A stretch of 64,000 nucleotides of DNA, taken from the IMG/VR virus record IMGVR_UViG_3300033153_004222, positions 17,288 to 81,287 of that record. One strand, given 5' to 3'. Below the pieces are notes generated by a model. That model ran no database searches and was not told where the DNA came from. It worked only from the letters and a program-made list of their open reading frames with translations. This document shows positions 16,321-26,260 of this stretch, piece after piece. Every line of letters begins with the position of its first letter. Within the stretch, counting starts at the first letter, position 1. The position numbers and the translations under genes are program-made. The DNA is from a virus.

Positions 16321-17640
16321 ATGAATGCAGATCAAATTAAAGTTAAGGATAATATCCAAAGACAAGGTTTGAATCTCTGGTTTAAAAAAAACTGCAAAGG
16401 AACTTTGGAGTATGCAACGGGTGTGGGTAAAAGTAGATGTGGAGTTTTAGCAGCAGAATATGTGGTATCACAAATTCCAGAGGCATCCATATTAATAATT
16501 ACTCCTACTCAAGCAATTAGAGATGAAGCCTGGGTGGATGAATTTAAAAAATGGGGAGCATCGGAGGTACTGGAAAACAATGTAGATATACAATGTATTC
16601 AGACGGCTTATAAATATGAAAGAAAACACTATGATTTAGTCATAGCGGATGAAGTTCATAATTATTTGCCTGAAGCTGGTAACAAAGATTTTCAACATTT
16701 TAAATTTTTTCAAAACAATGTTTATGATAAAATATTGGCATTAAGTGCCAGTATTGAAAATAAACTAAAACCCCGATTATGGGGAATTGCACCAATAGTT
16801 CATACAATATCAACTACTGAGGCTTTAAAATTAGGATTAATTTCCTCATTTAAAGTTTTTAATGTAGGCTTGGAGCTTTCAGCTATAGACCGAAAGGACT
16901 ATGATGAAGCGTCAAAGATATTTGATGAAACTTTTGATATTTTTAAAGATGGAAGAGGGTATAGAAATATACAAATTCTATTCAAATGTTTAAATCCTCA
17001 TTTCTTCAAACATTATTGTACTTCTCAAGGCTTTGGTCCTGATGAATACTATACTGTTAAAAATTGGCCTCATAGATGTAAAGATGCTATGAATGCCAGG
17101 AAGAACATTCTGTATAAAGCAGGATGTAAACAAACAGCTATTGAAGAAATAGTAAAGATGTTTCCAAAAAGAAGAGGAATCATTTTTTCACAATCAATAG
17201 ATTTTGTTGAGGATGTAAAGCAAACTCTGGATCTGATAGATACAAATATATCCCATACATATCATTCTAAAATAACAAAAAAGAATAGAAAGATAGTATT
17301 GGATGATTTTAATGATCTATCCACTCCAAGTAGAATTATTATTTCTGCATCTGCTTTGAATGAAGGCGTTAATTTAGAACAAATTTCTTTAGCTATTATA
17401 GCTTCTGGAACTTCTAAAGAAAAGGATTTTATTCAGAGATTAGGTAGAACTGTTCGATTGGAAGAAGATAAAGAGGCAATAATGGTTAGACTATACATAA
17501 AAAATAGTCAGGAAGAGAAATGGTTAGAAAGTAGCCAAGAGAATTTCCGAGGTGAGTTTTTAAATAACATTAATGAATTAAAATTTATAAATAATGCACA
17601 AAGGAGTAATATTATTAACGAAAGCAGATACAGTATCTGA
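16321..17640 (+). CDS. superfamily 2 (DExH) helicase
   Basis: ATGVGKS, DEVH, LSAS, LNEGVN and QRLGRTVR motifs. Confidence 0.9.
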   Translation: MNADQIKVKDNIQRQGLNLWFKKNCKGTLEYATGVGKSRCGVLAAEYVVSQIPEASILIITPTQAIRDEAWVDEFKKWGASEVLENNVDIQCIQTAYKYERKHYDLVIADEVHNYLPEAGNKDFQHFKFFQNNVYDKILALSASIENKLKPRLWGIAPIVHTISTTEALKLGLISSFKVFNVGLELSAIDRKDYDEASKIFDETFDIFKDGRGYRNIQILFKCLNPHFFKHYCTSQGFGPDEYYTVKNWPHRCKDAMNARKNILYKAGCKQTAIEEIVKMFPKRRGIIFSQSIDFVEDVKQTLDLIDTNISHTYHSKITKKNRKIVLDDFNDLSTPSRIIISASALNEGVNLEQISLAIIASGTSKEKDFIQRLGRTVRLEEDKEAIMVRLYIKNSQEEKWLESSQENFRGEFLNNINELKFINNAQRSNIINESRYSI

Positions 17641-18220
17641 GGCTCAAAATAATGTAGAAAACTTTTTAGAGTCTTATGGAGAAAGTAGAGTATGGGATTG
17701 GTATGTCATAGGAGGCAGATGGTCCGGTAGTTTAAATAAGCTTCATAAACAATTTTCAGAACTTGCAGAAGAAAGAGTCCCAGGAGATATGGGAGAATTT
17801 GGAAGAAGTTCAAAAAATGTAGAAGAAAATTCTGGACAATGGGAAACTATTTGGGAAGAAATAGGTGGAGAAGGAGAACATCCCTTTAATAGAGATTCCT
17901 ATAAAAGTGCAGAATATACAGATGATATCATACCATTAAAAAATTGTATTGATATTGTAAAGGAATGGGAGATTGATAGGTATGCTAAAGGAGATGAAGA
18001 GTATAAAGCTATGGTAAAGGCTTATACAGAAAAACCTAATCCGAAGCATCCTAATTCTCATAAATCTACAGCTGCTTATCATGCTAATATCTTTCATAAT
18101 TTTATATGGGATTCATTTTCGTTTGATTCTAATACATATGATGTAGAAGAATGGACTAATGATGTTCCTGAAAAAGATATTGAAAAATATTGGGCTGTTA
18201 TGATTGATATGCACAATTAA
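17594..18220 (+). CDS. conserved phage protein (WDWYVIGGRWSG...DMH family)
   Basis: Recurrent phage motif. Confidence 0.7.
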   Translation: MHKGVILLTKADTVSEAQNNVENFLESYGESRVWDWYVIGGRWSGSLNKLHKQFSELAEERVPGDMGEFGRSSKNVEENSGQWETIWEEIGGEGEHPFNRDSYKSAEYTDDIIPLKNCIDIVKEWEIDRYAKGDEEYKAMVKAYTEKPNPKHPNSHKSTAAYHANIFHNFIWDSFSFDSNTYDVEEWTNDVPEKDIEKYWAVMIDMHN

Positions 18221-18234
18221 ATTGTGTATCTTTA
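18204..18234 (+). promoter_or_regulatory. Bacteroidota-type promoter for the recombination/replication operon
   Basis: TTG at 18204-18206, 20-nt spacer, TATCTTTA at 18227-18234 (variant of TAnnTTTG). Confidence 0.5.
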
Positions 18235-18394
18235 CCATAGGAGAAACGGAGGTATTCCCTTCAAATTTTAAGTAAAAAAAGTTAGTGAGTAAGCTCAAAG
18301 CCGACAGTATGAGGTTTACCGTGGGTGCTCGGCAGATCCCCTTGGCTTATAACTAACTTATTTTACAAATTATTCACAAATAAAATAGAAAAAA

Positions 18395-19060
18395 ATGGCA
18401 ACATTAATTCAAATTTTAGGTGAATCTGGATCAGGTAAAACTTATTCAATGCGGAACTTAGAGCCAAAGGAAACTCTTTATATCAATTGCGATAAAAAGA
18501 ATATGCCTTTTCGTGGCTGGAGAGCTAAATTCTGCACAGAGAATAAGAATTATGTGGTAACTTCTGATATAAATATGATTTATACGTTATTGAAGAAGGT
18601 ACATGCAGATCAACCTCAAATTAAAGTGGTAGTAATAGACACTCTAAATTCTATTATGTCAGATAAAGAAATGTCTGAAAGGAAGAAAAAAGGATATGAT
18701 AAATGGATGGACTTAGCAGGTGATATCTATGATTTATATCGTATGATTTCAACTTTAAGAGAAGACTTATCTGTATTTTGTTTAGCCCATACCGAAGATT
18801 TTACCGGTAAGGATGGTTTAGGAAGACAAAGGTTAAAAACCAATGGTGCAAAATTAACCAAGCTAAATGTAGAAGGATTATCAACTTATACTTTATATAC
18901 CTCTGTAATAAGAGGAGAGGAAGGGGTAAGTTACAAATTCTTAGTTCAAAATGATGGATCAAATACAGCAAGAAGTCCTGAAGGAGTTTTTGAAGATATA
19001 CTGATTCCAAATGATTTGGACAAAGTTGTAAGTAATATTCAAGAATACGAGAATGCGTAA
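18395..19060 (+). CDS. AAA_24-family P-loop ATPase (Sak4-like recombination protein)
   Basis: GESGSGKT Walker A, VVIDT Walker B, C-terminal TARSPEGVF..IPNDL; next to SSB. Confidence 0.8.
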   Translation: MATLIQILGESGSGKTYSMRNLEPKETLYINCDKKNMPFRGWRAKFCTENKNYVVTSDINMIYTLLKKVHADQPQIKVVVIDTLNSIMSDKEMSERKKKGYDKWMDLAGDIYDLYRMISTLREDLSVFCLAHTEDFTGKDGLGRQRLKTNGAKLTKLNVEGLSTYTLYTSVIRGEEGVSYKFLVQNDGSNTARSPEGVFEDILIPNDLDKVVSNIQEYENA

Positions 19061-19090
19061 TTCAATTTTTAACAATCTAAATTTTAAAAT

Positions 19091-19678
19091 ATGTATAAAT
19101 TAGATCAAAATGTTTCTGAAGAAAGCGGAGGAAACTATTTTAATGTAGGCATTTATGAAAATGTAAGCCTAAAAGAAATTACATTAGAGGAGGCAAGTAA
19201 TGGTAATCCATTTTTAAAGTTCCACTTTGAAGGAGAAAATGGAGAAAAATTAAGCCATACTGAATGGCCTATAGCGGCTGATGATCAGAATTTTGAAAAG
19301 AAACTTAAAAACTTTCTAATCAGAATAAAACATATCAGTACAAAATTTGTTCCTGTAGAAAGTGTGGACATAAATGCTCCTGACTTTGATGCGTTTGCAA
19401 ATAAAGTTATTGAGCTATTAACACCACATTTGCCTAACAATAAAGTTAGGATTAAATTGGTATATAATTATAGGAACTATGTTTCTCTTCCAAAATATGT
19501 TCCATTTATTGAAAAAATGGTAGTAGCTAAAACTGCATCAAGATTAAAACTTGATCCAGGATTTGATAAATTGGAAAAGGATGAAGGAACTGATCCTGTA
19601 TTATCTACAGCAAACGAAACACTCGTTTCTCCAACAAGTGGAACAACTGAAAGTTCGGAAGATGTTCTTCCGTTTTAG
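19091..19678 (+). CDS. putative single-stranded DNA-binding protein
   Basis: Follows the AAA_24 ATPase; beta-rich N-terminus; acidic tail ending DVLPF. Confidence 0.65.
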   Translation: MYKLDQNVSEESGGNYFNVGIYENVSLKEITLEEASNGNPFLKFHFEGENGEKLSHTEWPIAADDQNFEKKLKNFLIRIKHISTKFVPVESVDINAPDFDAFANKVIELLTPHLPNNKVRIKLVYNYRNYVSLPKYVPFIEKMVVAKTASRLKLDPGFDKLEKDEGTDPVLSTANETLVSPTSGTTESSEDVLPF

Positions 19679-19705
19679 AGGTTGTTAAATTTTCAATGAT
19701 TGAGG

Positions 19706-19740
19706 ATCCATAATACCAGCAATGGTATTATGGATTTTCT
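19706..19740 (+). terminator. intrinsic terminator
   Basis: Perfect 13-bp stem ATCCATAATACCA-GCAA-TGGTATTATGGAT followed by TTTCT. Confidence 0.75.
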
Positions 19741-19755
19741 ATAAAACAAAGGCTT

Positions 19756-20805
19756 ATGTATAATATGAATGAACTATTGACATTTGATAGCCTCCTTAAA
19801 AAAGTAGAACCATATCAAATATTTGCTTATTACATAGGAAAAGACATCAAACTCAATAAAGTACTTCAAAGTCCCTTAAGAAAGGACAAAAAGCCAAGTT
19901 TTAGTATTCATATTTCCAGAACCGGATATATGTATTATAATGATTGGGCAACTGGAGATTGGGGAGGTGCTATTCAATTTGTAATGAAGCTTTTAAATTT
20001 ATCTGATATGTATTCAGCTGCAGCTCAAATTAACTCTGATATGAATGCAGGGTTACTTGATGATAGGATGGACACAAATGGTAATATAGAGTATAAAGGA
20101 TTTAAAACTCATTTCAAACAAGAAGAAATAGAAAAAATTGCTAAGAATACAGCAAGTGATGTTAAAATTTCTGTTAGAAGATGGGAAAAAAATGATTTAA
20201 AATATTGGGCAAGTTTTGGAATTACAGAACGAATATTAACATATTATAATGTTTTTCCTTGTCAAAGAGTATTTTTAAATAAAATGGTGATATATGTTAA
20301 TAATCCCAGAGTATTTAAACCTGCTTATGCCTATGCATTTTATAAAGATAGTGAGTATACTTATAAGATTTATCAGCCAATGAACCCAGATTATAAATGG
20401 ACATCCAATGTGGATTTTTCTGTTTTACAAGGATGGGATCAAATGCCTGAAACACATAAAGTATTAATACTTACCAAATCTTTGAAAGATGTAATGACTT
20501 TAAGGTCATTAGGAATTCCTGCATTAGCAACTCAAGGAGAGCTAATGGGTGTAAAACCGCATATATATCAACAACTAAAAGAACGATTTAAAGAAATTTA
20601 TTTGTTATTTGATTTTGATTATGGTGGAGTTAAAGGAACTCAAAAACTAAGAAAACTTATACCAGAATTAAAATTCTTTTTTATACAGAATTTAAGTCAT
20701 AGAACTGATGGATTTAAAGATATAAGTGATTTTAGAGTAGAGCATACATCAAAGGAATGTTTAGATCATTTGAGAAAATGTTTAGTTAACTGGAATAAAA
20801 AATAG
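19756..20805 (+). CDS. DnaG-type primase (crAss-like)
   Basis: N-terminal SPLRKDKKPSF...DWATG domain; TOPRIM motifs TKSLKDVM, FDFDYGG and KDISD. Confidence 0.85.
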   Translation: MYNMNELLTFDSLLKKVEPYQIFAYYIGKDIKLNKVLQSPLRKDKKPSFSIHISRTGYMYYNDWATGDWGGAIQFVMKLLNLSDMYSAAAQINSDMNAGLLDDRMDTNGNIEYKGFKTHFKQEEIEKIAKNTASDVKISVRRWEKNDLKYWASFGITERILTYYNVFPCQRVFLNKMVIYVNNPRVFKPAYAYAFYKDSEYTYKIYQPMNPDYKWTSNVDFSVLQGWDQMPETHKVLILTKSLKDVMTLRSLGIPALATQGELMGVKPHIYQQLKERFKEIYLLFDFDYGGVKGTQKLRKLIPELKFFFIQNLSHRTDGFKDISDFRVEHTSKECLDHLRKCLVNWNKK

Positions 20806-20809
20806 AAAA

Positions 20810-21301
20810 ATGGGATATACACATTATTGGGACCGATCTACAAAACTTAAACAAAGTAAATTTGAAGAGTTTATTGAAAAGGTCAAAAAGATAGTAGATG
20901 GAATTAAAAAAGAAGGTGCTATCGGAGGAGTTTATTATGAGGATAAAGAAGTTATTCTTTCTGGATTAGAAGGAAAAGATGATCCTTGTATAAACGAACA
21001 TAGAGTTGTATTTAATGGAGATGTTGAAAATGGTTTAGGCCATGAAACATTTGTCATTGAAAATAGCTCTGGAGAGCTTATAGATAAATTTAATTTCTGT
21101 AAGACAGCGAGGAAGCCATATGATATAGCTGTAACAGCGTCATTAATAGCTTTTAAGCAAACATTTCCTTATGCAGTAGAGATAAGTTCTGATGGAGAAC
21201 CTTCAGAATGGGGAGATGGTTTAACACTTTATAATAAAGTGGTAGCCAAAAATGATACTGTAGATAGCAATGTTTTAAATAAATGGTTAAACGCAAAATA
21301 G
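20810..21301 (+). CDS. conserved phage protein (MGYTHYW...FCKTARKPYD family)
   Basis: Recurrent phage motif set. Confidence 0.7.
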   Translation: MGYTHYWDRSTKLKQSKFEEFIEKVKKIVDGIKKEGAIGGVYYEDKEVILSGLEGKDDPCINEHRVVFNGDVENGLGHETFVIENSSGELIDKFNFCKTARKPYDIAVTASLIAFKQTFPYAVEISSDGEPSEWGDGLTLYNKVVAKNDTVDSNVLNKWLNAK

Positions 21302-21308
21302 AAAAATT

Positions 21309-21827
21309 ATGTCAAGGATACTTTACAAAATAACTATACCGGAATTTAAGACACATGTAAGGCAATCCAAGAATAAATGGAGGAAAATAAATGGACAATC
21401 AATATATACAGGAGCTCACCATAGGGTGAGGCATATATTTATGGAACAAATGCATAAATATTTGTCTGTATATATTCCATTTATGGAAGAATCTATTAAA
21501 TCTCAACCATTAGAAATCCATTTACATGTTTATGCTCCAATAAATTACGGAGATGTTAAACGAATGCGAGGCAAATTAGCCTGGAAACCAGCTAAAGAAG
21601 GATATACTCCTACATGGGATCTGGATAATTTCGCCTGGATATGGATAAAAGGCATACAAGATGTATTACAAAAAAAAGGCATTATAAAAGACGATTCAGT
21701 ACAGTTTATAAGAAGAGTTAGTTATGAATTTAGCCCTATAGACGATTTAGTCAAAAGGAAATTAGTAATAACTATACTACAATCTGCTCCCGTATGGGTT
21801 CGGATATGGAATAAATTATTTAATTAA
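21309..21827 (+). CDS. RusA-like Holliday junction resolvase
   Basis: DLDN...KGIQDVLQKKGIIKDDS acidic active-site pattern. Confidence 0.7.
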   Translation: MSRILYKITIPEFKTHVRQSKNKWRKINGQSIYTGAHHRVRHIFMEQMHKYLSVYIPFMEESIKSQPLEIHLHVYAPINYGDVKRMRGKLAWKPAKEGYTPTWDLDNFAWIWIKGIQDVLQKKGIIKDDSVQFIRRVSYEFSPIDDLVKRKLVITILQSAPVWVRIWNKLFN

Positions 21828-21839
21828 AACTTAAAAAAA

Positions 21840-22658
21840 ATGAAAAGTAAAGATTTATTACTTCTTGATGGAGATATTATTCTCTATCGAAGTGCCTTTG
21901 CTTGTAAAGAAATGTCCAATTGGGCAGATGTAAAAGATTATATATGGAAGTTTATGACTGATCTATGTAATGATCTTGATACATCTGAATATATTGGATT
22001 TCTTCAAGGAAGGAAAAACTTCAGAAATGAAGTTGCTACTCAAGCCGAGTATAAAGGCAATAGAAAATCAAAACCTAAACCGTTTTGGTATAGTAATATC
22101 AGACAACATTTAATGGATTCTTATGAATTTCATGTTGTAGATGGTATGGAAACTGATGATGCTTTAACAATTTTACAAAATAGAATGTCAGATAGACAGC
22201 CTGTTATATGTAGTATTGATAAAGATCTATTACAATCTCCTGGTAAACATTATAATTTTAGTAGCCAGGAAATATCTATAGTAACTAAGGATATGGCTCT
22301 CTATCTATTAGCTACACAGGTAATAGTAGGAGATAGTACAGATAATATAAAAGGTTTACATAGAATAGGCCCTAAGAAAGCAGAAGTTATTTTAAAAGAT
22401 TCAGAGAATCCTTTAGAAACTGCACTTACAGCTTATAGTAATTTCTATGCTACAAAAGAAGGGGATACTGAGGGAACCTTCTTAAAAGCAGTAAAACATT
22501 TTGCTGAAACTTTTGAACTTGTTTATCTTTTGCGTGAATTGGATGAGGAAAAATTTCCAACTCCTGAAATTAATAATTTATATAACCTTGAAAATCCCTT
22601 AGACTATGGAGCTGGACTCAAAATTGCCGCACAGGCTGGTGAAACCATCTTTGATTAA
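21840..22658 (+). CDS. 5'-3' exonuclease (T7 gp6/FEN-like)
   Basis: LDGD, YKGNR, ETDD, DKDL and GDSTDNIKGLHRIGPKKA (H3TH). Confidence 0.9.
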   Translation: MKSKDLLLLDGDIILYRSAFACKEMSNWADVKDYIWKFMTDLCNDLDTSEYIGFLQGRKNFRNEVATQAEYKGNRKSKPKPFWYSNIRQHLMDSYEFHVVDGMETDDALTILQNRMSDRQPVICSIDKDLLQSPGKHYNFSSQEISIVTKDMALYLLATQVIVGDSTDNIKGLHRIGPKKAEVILKDSENPLETALTAYSNFYATKEGDTEGTFLKAVKHFAETFELVYLLRELDEEKFPTPEINNLYNLENPLDYGAGLKIAAQAGETIFD

Positions 22659-23187
22659 ATTAAAAGATGTAAAAGCAACAAAGACAACAGATTTTATGTT
22701 GCCTTTGTTTGGATTTACTAAGAATTATTATTCTCCTTTTTTGATTAACGCCTATTTGGGAGATAATGATACAGGAGGAATAGCTCCTGAACAAATATTA
22801 ATACTTCTTAGTAACCATCGTATGGATTTACGATATGTAAGAATAGAAGATACTATTAAAAGTTTGGCTGAATATGTAGATTATTATGATGTTTTAGATT
22901 CAAGAATGACTTTGTTTGTTCTGAATATTCCTGATGAATATATAAATGAATACCATTATTTTGTTCAAGGTAAATATTCTAAATTTTCAGAGGCAGCCCA
23001 AGTTAAAATAGTAAAAGGAAGATCTCCTGATAGCTCTATGCCGTATATTTTTAAAAAAGATCCGGTATTAAAAAACTATTGGGAAACTAAATTGAACTCT
23101 GAATTGGAAAAACAGGCAGAAGTATGGCCTATTTTAACACCAGATGAGGAAATATTTGATAAAAATAAATTTTTAAAAAATGATTAA
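22606..23187 (+). CDS. conserved crAss-like hypothetical protein
   Basis: 193 aa; F..GKYSKFS motif. Confidence 0.65.
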   Translation: MELDSKLPHRLVKPSLIKLKDVKATKTTDFMLPLFGFTKNYYSPFLINAYLGDNDTGGIAPEQILILLSNHRMDLRYVRIEDTIKSLAEYVDYYDVLDSRMTLFVLNIPDEYINEYHYFVQGKYSKFSEAAQVKIVKGRSPDSSMPYIFKKDPVLKNYWETKLNSELEKQAEVWPILTPDEEIFDKNKFLKND

Positions 23188-23200
23188 AACTAAAAAATAA

Positions 23201-24325
23201 ATGTATACGATTGGAAAAGCACCCATTAGGGTAAGAACCCCTATTACTGAGCCAGTTCCAGAGCCAGTAATAGTAGAACCTGTTGTAGTAGAAGAACCTA
23301 CCGCAGAAGAACCTGGACAAACTACTGTAGAGGAAGTTAAAATTATAGAAGAGCTTGTGGAAGAAATTCCTATACCTGCTCAAACTCAACTTTCTTTAGA
23401 GGAACCAGCTGCTGCCCCTAAACCTCCCTCAAGTGCATTTAACTTAGGAGGATTTGGAGAATTTTTTGGAAAAGCTCTTGAAGAGCTTATCAAAGAAAAA
23501 GCAGAGGAATTAAAACCTGAAGTATTAGAAATACTTAAAGCAGAATTACAAAAACTTAAACCTACTAATATAAGGATTACCGGAAGGAAATCTACAGGGC
23601 AAGTAGTTGGATATAAACATAAAATGTTTAGAGAATCTGTATTTCTATGCGAACAGGAACGACAATTAATGCTTGTAGGACCTGCTGGAAGTGGTAAAAC
23701 TACTTTAGCATCTCAAATTTCAGAAGCATTTTCTATCCAGTTTGGACATATTTCATGTTCTGCAGGAATGAGTGAAGCTCATTTATTGGGAAGAATGCTT
23801 TTTGATGGAACATATGTTCCTTCAGAGTTCGTAAAATGTTATGAACAAGGAGGTGTTTTCTTATTTGATGAAATTGATGCGGCTGATTCTAATACTTTAT
23901 TAGTTGTAAATTCTGCATTAGCAAATGGATATATGTCTGTTCCTAATAGAAAAGACGATCCAATTGCCACAAGACATGAAGATTTCATTTGTATTGTAGC
24001 AGGAAACTCTTGGGGATATGGTTCTAATTCATATCAAGGTAGAGGATATCTTGATGCTGCTTTCTTAGATAGATTTGCAGTATGTAAGATTGAAATTGAA
24101 TATGATGAAGAATTAGAGAGAGATATCGCAGGTGAGCATGATATTGTATTAGAACGTATGTGGGAAATACGAAAAATAATTACCCAAAATAGAATGAAAA
24201 GAATTATGTCTACTCGTTCTATAGTTTCTGCAATCAGACAAACCATAGCTGGTCGATCCTTAAAACAGATTGAAAAAGTATTTACTACTGGCTGGGCTAA
24301 AGATGAGAAGCGAAAGATTTCTTAA
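23201..24325 (+). CDS. MoxR/CobS/CbbQ-type AAA+ ATPase
   Basis: GPAGSGKT, FLFDEIDA, AGN, LDAAFLDRF and STR; Pro/Glu-rich N-terminal extension. Confidence 0.85.
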   Translation: MYTIGKAPIRVRTPITEPVPEPVIVEPVVVEEPTAEEPGQTTVEEVKIIEELVEEIPIPAQTQLSLEEPAAAPKPPSSAFNLGGFGEFFGKALEELIKEKAEELKPEVLEILKAELQKLKPTNIRITGRKSTGQVVGYKHKMFRESVFLCEQERQLMLVGPAGSGKTTLASQISEAFSIQFGHISCSAGMSEAHLLGRMLFDGTYVPSEFVKCYEQGGVFLFDEIDAADSNTLLVVNSALANGYMSVPNRKDDPIATRHEDFICIVAGNSWGYGSNSYQGRGYLDAAFLDRFAVCKIEIEYDEELERDIAGEHDIVLERMWEIRKIITQNRMKRIMSTRSIVSAIRQTIAGRSLKQIEKVFTTGWAKDEKRKIS

Positions 24326-24329
24326 TTAT

Positions 24330-24387
24330 AAGGCAAACTGACCGTAACAAAGTTACACGCGATACACTATTGCGGTTGGTTTGCTTT
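24330..24387 (+). other. intergenic hairpin (terminator or processing site)
   Basis: AAGGCAAACTGACCGTAA...TTGCGGTTGGTTTGCTTT. Confidence 0.5.
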
Positions 24388-24407
24388 TCATTTAAAAAAA
24401 ACATAAA

Positions 24408-25472
24408 ATGATAGAATTTAAACCAAAAGAAACAGATCTGGTACTGGATAAAAGACCAAGATACCCGGATTTACACAAACATTTAAGTGAGGTTCGGTCT
24501 ATTGTATTTAAAGATGATGCTGATAATATTCATGATTTTTTAGAATTTGATTCTTTGTATCATTTTATAGATACTATGGAAGAGCATTATAGAGATCATA
24601 GTTTAAGAAGCATATTGAATGACACTCATAGCGGAGATAACGGAGATTTTAATTATTCTGGTAATAGTAAATGGACATACGGATCTACTTTTAAAAATAG
24701 AGTAGCTACTAAAGAAGCTTTATTGACTTCTGATGTTCCTGATACTATGTGGAAAATTATAGATAAACTTCGTGATTCTTTATTAGCATTAGAAGAAGTT
24801 CAAAGATTAATTGATATGGCCCCTTCAATTAAGAAACAAAGAAAGTTTGGGCTCTCTGGAGATGAATTAGATATAGACAGAATCCTCGCTGGTGATCCTC
24901 ATCATTGGCAATATACAACTAAAGGTCGTAAGACCAATGTTGTGCGAATAGGGTTAAATATCGCTATGTCTTGTTCAAATAGTGCAGATAAATTTCTTAA
25001 AATAGTTGCATTAGCTTCTGTTGCTGCTGATCTGGTTATAAAAGCTGGATGTAGTTTAGAATTTATTTTATGCGGATTATCTACTCATGTAGGTACAGAG
25101 CACTCAAATCCTTATGTAGATCCTGATGGAAGTACTATAGGAAATTTATCTAACGGATTTAGTGGTCCTATAATGGCTATTAAAAAGGCAGAGGAACCTT
25201 TTGATATTTCAAGAATAGCTTGTTTAGGTTTGCCTGGACTTTTCAGACATTATATGTTTGTATCAAGAACGGCATATTTCAGTAGTCAGGTTGATTCTGG
25301 AATGGGACAATCCCACCCTTTAAGTAAAGAACTTTATGAACGTATTGGTCTTAAACATGTTATTGGTTTTAAATTAGTAACAGGTGATGATGAACAGTAT
25401 GATCAAAAAGTATTTCTTAGAGGTATTTTTGATGAAATTGCTGGAATTAAAGTTCCGCAAGAAAATATTTAG
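24408..25472 (+). CDS. CobT/VWA-like partner of the AAA+ ATPase
   Basis: Directly downstream of the MoxR-type ATPase; GDELDIDRILAG, degenerate MIDAS-like NIAMSCS, IKKAEEP, LFR. Confidence 0.6.
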   Translation: MIEFKPKETDLVLDKRPRYPDLHKHLSEVRSIVFKDDADNIHDFLEFDSLYHFIDTMEEHYRDHSLRSILNDTHSGDNGDFNYSGNSKWTYGSTFKNRVATKEALLTSDVPDTMWKIIDKLRDSLLALEEVQRLIDMAPSIKKQRKFGLSGDELDIDRILAGDPHHWQYTTKGRKTNVVRIGLNIAMSCSNSADKFLKIVALASVAADLVIKAGCSLEFILCGLSTHVGTEHSNPYVDPDGSTIGNLSNGFSGPIMAIKKAEEPFDISRIACLGLPGLFRHYMFVSRTAYFSSQVDSGMGQSHPLSKELYERIGLKHVIGFKLVTGDDEQYDQKVFLRGIFDEIAGIKVPQENI

Positions 25473-25474
25473 TT

Positions 25475-25819
25475 ATGATAAATGGATTTGAAGAAGAAAC
25501 TGAAGAACTAAATGACTACGAGAAGGATACCCTTTTACCTTTAATGGTAAAGGGGCTAACCCCTCGTTTTGGTTCTGATAAAGCCATTACAAATAAACAA
25601 ATGCGTGAAGGTTTGAAAAAATTGGATCATATTGTTAGTGATGCCAGAGTAAGAAAATTAATAAATTATATAAGGATGCATCAACTTGTAGTTAATTTGA
25701 TAAGTAGTAGCCGAGGCTATTATAGAACAAATTCTATGGAAGAATTGGAAAATTATATAGAATCATTAATGCAAAGAGCTTCTTCAATAGAAGAGGTTGC
25801 AAAAAGTTTTAGAAGATGA
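25475..25819 (+). CDS. winged-HTH DNA-binding protein
   Basis: AITNKQM...SDARVRKLINYIR...ISSSRGYY pattern. Confidence 0.65.
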   Translation: MINGFEEETEELNDYEKDTLLPLMVKGLTPRFGSDKAITNKQMREGLKKLDHIVSDARVRKLINYIRMHQLVVNLISSSRGYYRTNSMEELENYIESLMQRASSIEEVAKSFRR

Positions 25820-26082
25820 AACAAAAATATACATATGCAAAACTATCTGCTCCCGAAATGGCATCTGTTCTTGTATTTAATAAAGTAGTTGTGTTGCTAC
25901 CTAAAGAAGATACTCGTAAAGGATGGATGGTGGTTCAATTAGTAGACGAGCATAAAGAACCATATGGTTTTCCTTTTCCTGTAAAAGTAAAATATTTAAT
26001 AGAACATAAATTTGAAAAGTATGGAACGGAAGAAGAACTCTTGGGAAGTGAATCAGATTCCGAAAGGTACGAAAATTGGTGA
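25816..26082 (+). CDS. hypothetical protein
   Basis: 88-aa ORF with an ATGA overlap. Confidence 0.55.
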   Translation: MKQKYTYAKLSAPEMASVLVFNKVVVLLPKEDTRKGWMVVQLVDEHKEPYGFPFPVKVKYLIEHKFEKYGTEEELLGSESDSERYENW

Positions 26083-26227
26083 TTATTACCTTTTTTATGA
26101 ATTTGATCATTATTACTTAGTAAGTAAACTTGATAGTGGAAAAAAATTATTTATGATTACTAAAGATGATTTATCTGATTTAGTAAAACAAGAGGAAATT
26201 AATAAGACAAAGGAGGGCGACTTATAA
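26012..26227 (+). CDS. hypothetical protein
   Basis: Last + strand ORF before the convergence point. Confidence 0.5.
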   Translation: MKSMERKKNSWEVNQIPKGTKIGDYYLFYEFDHYYLVSKLDSGKKLFMITKDDLSDLVKQEEINKTKEGDL

Positions 26228-26244
26228 AAGTTACCCCCCTTTTG
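26208..26244. terminator. bidirectional terminator where the early/middle and late arms converge
   Basis: CAAAGGAGGGCGACTT-ATAA-AAGTTACCCCCCTTTTG hairpin between convergent operons. Confidence 0.7.
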
Positions 26245-26260
26245 CTGTTGTCAAGGAGTA

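Noticed and set aside
23231-23430. Tandem repeat in the PEPV/VVEEP-rich segment
   Set aside because: Low-complexity protein linker, not a discrete DNA repeat
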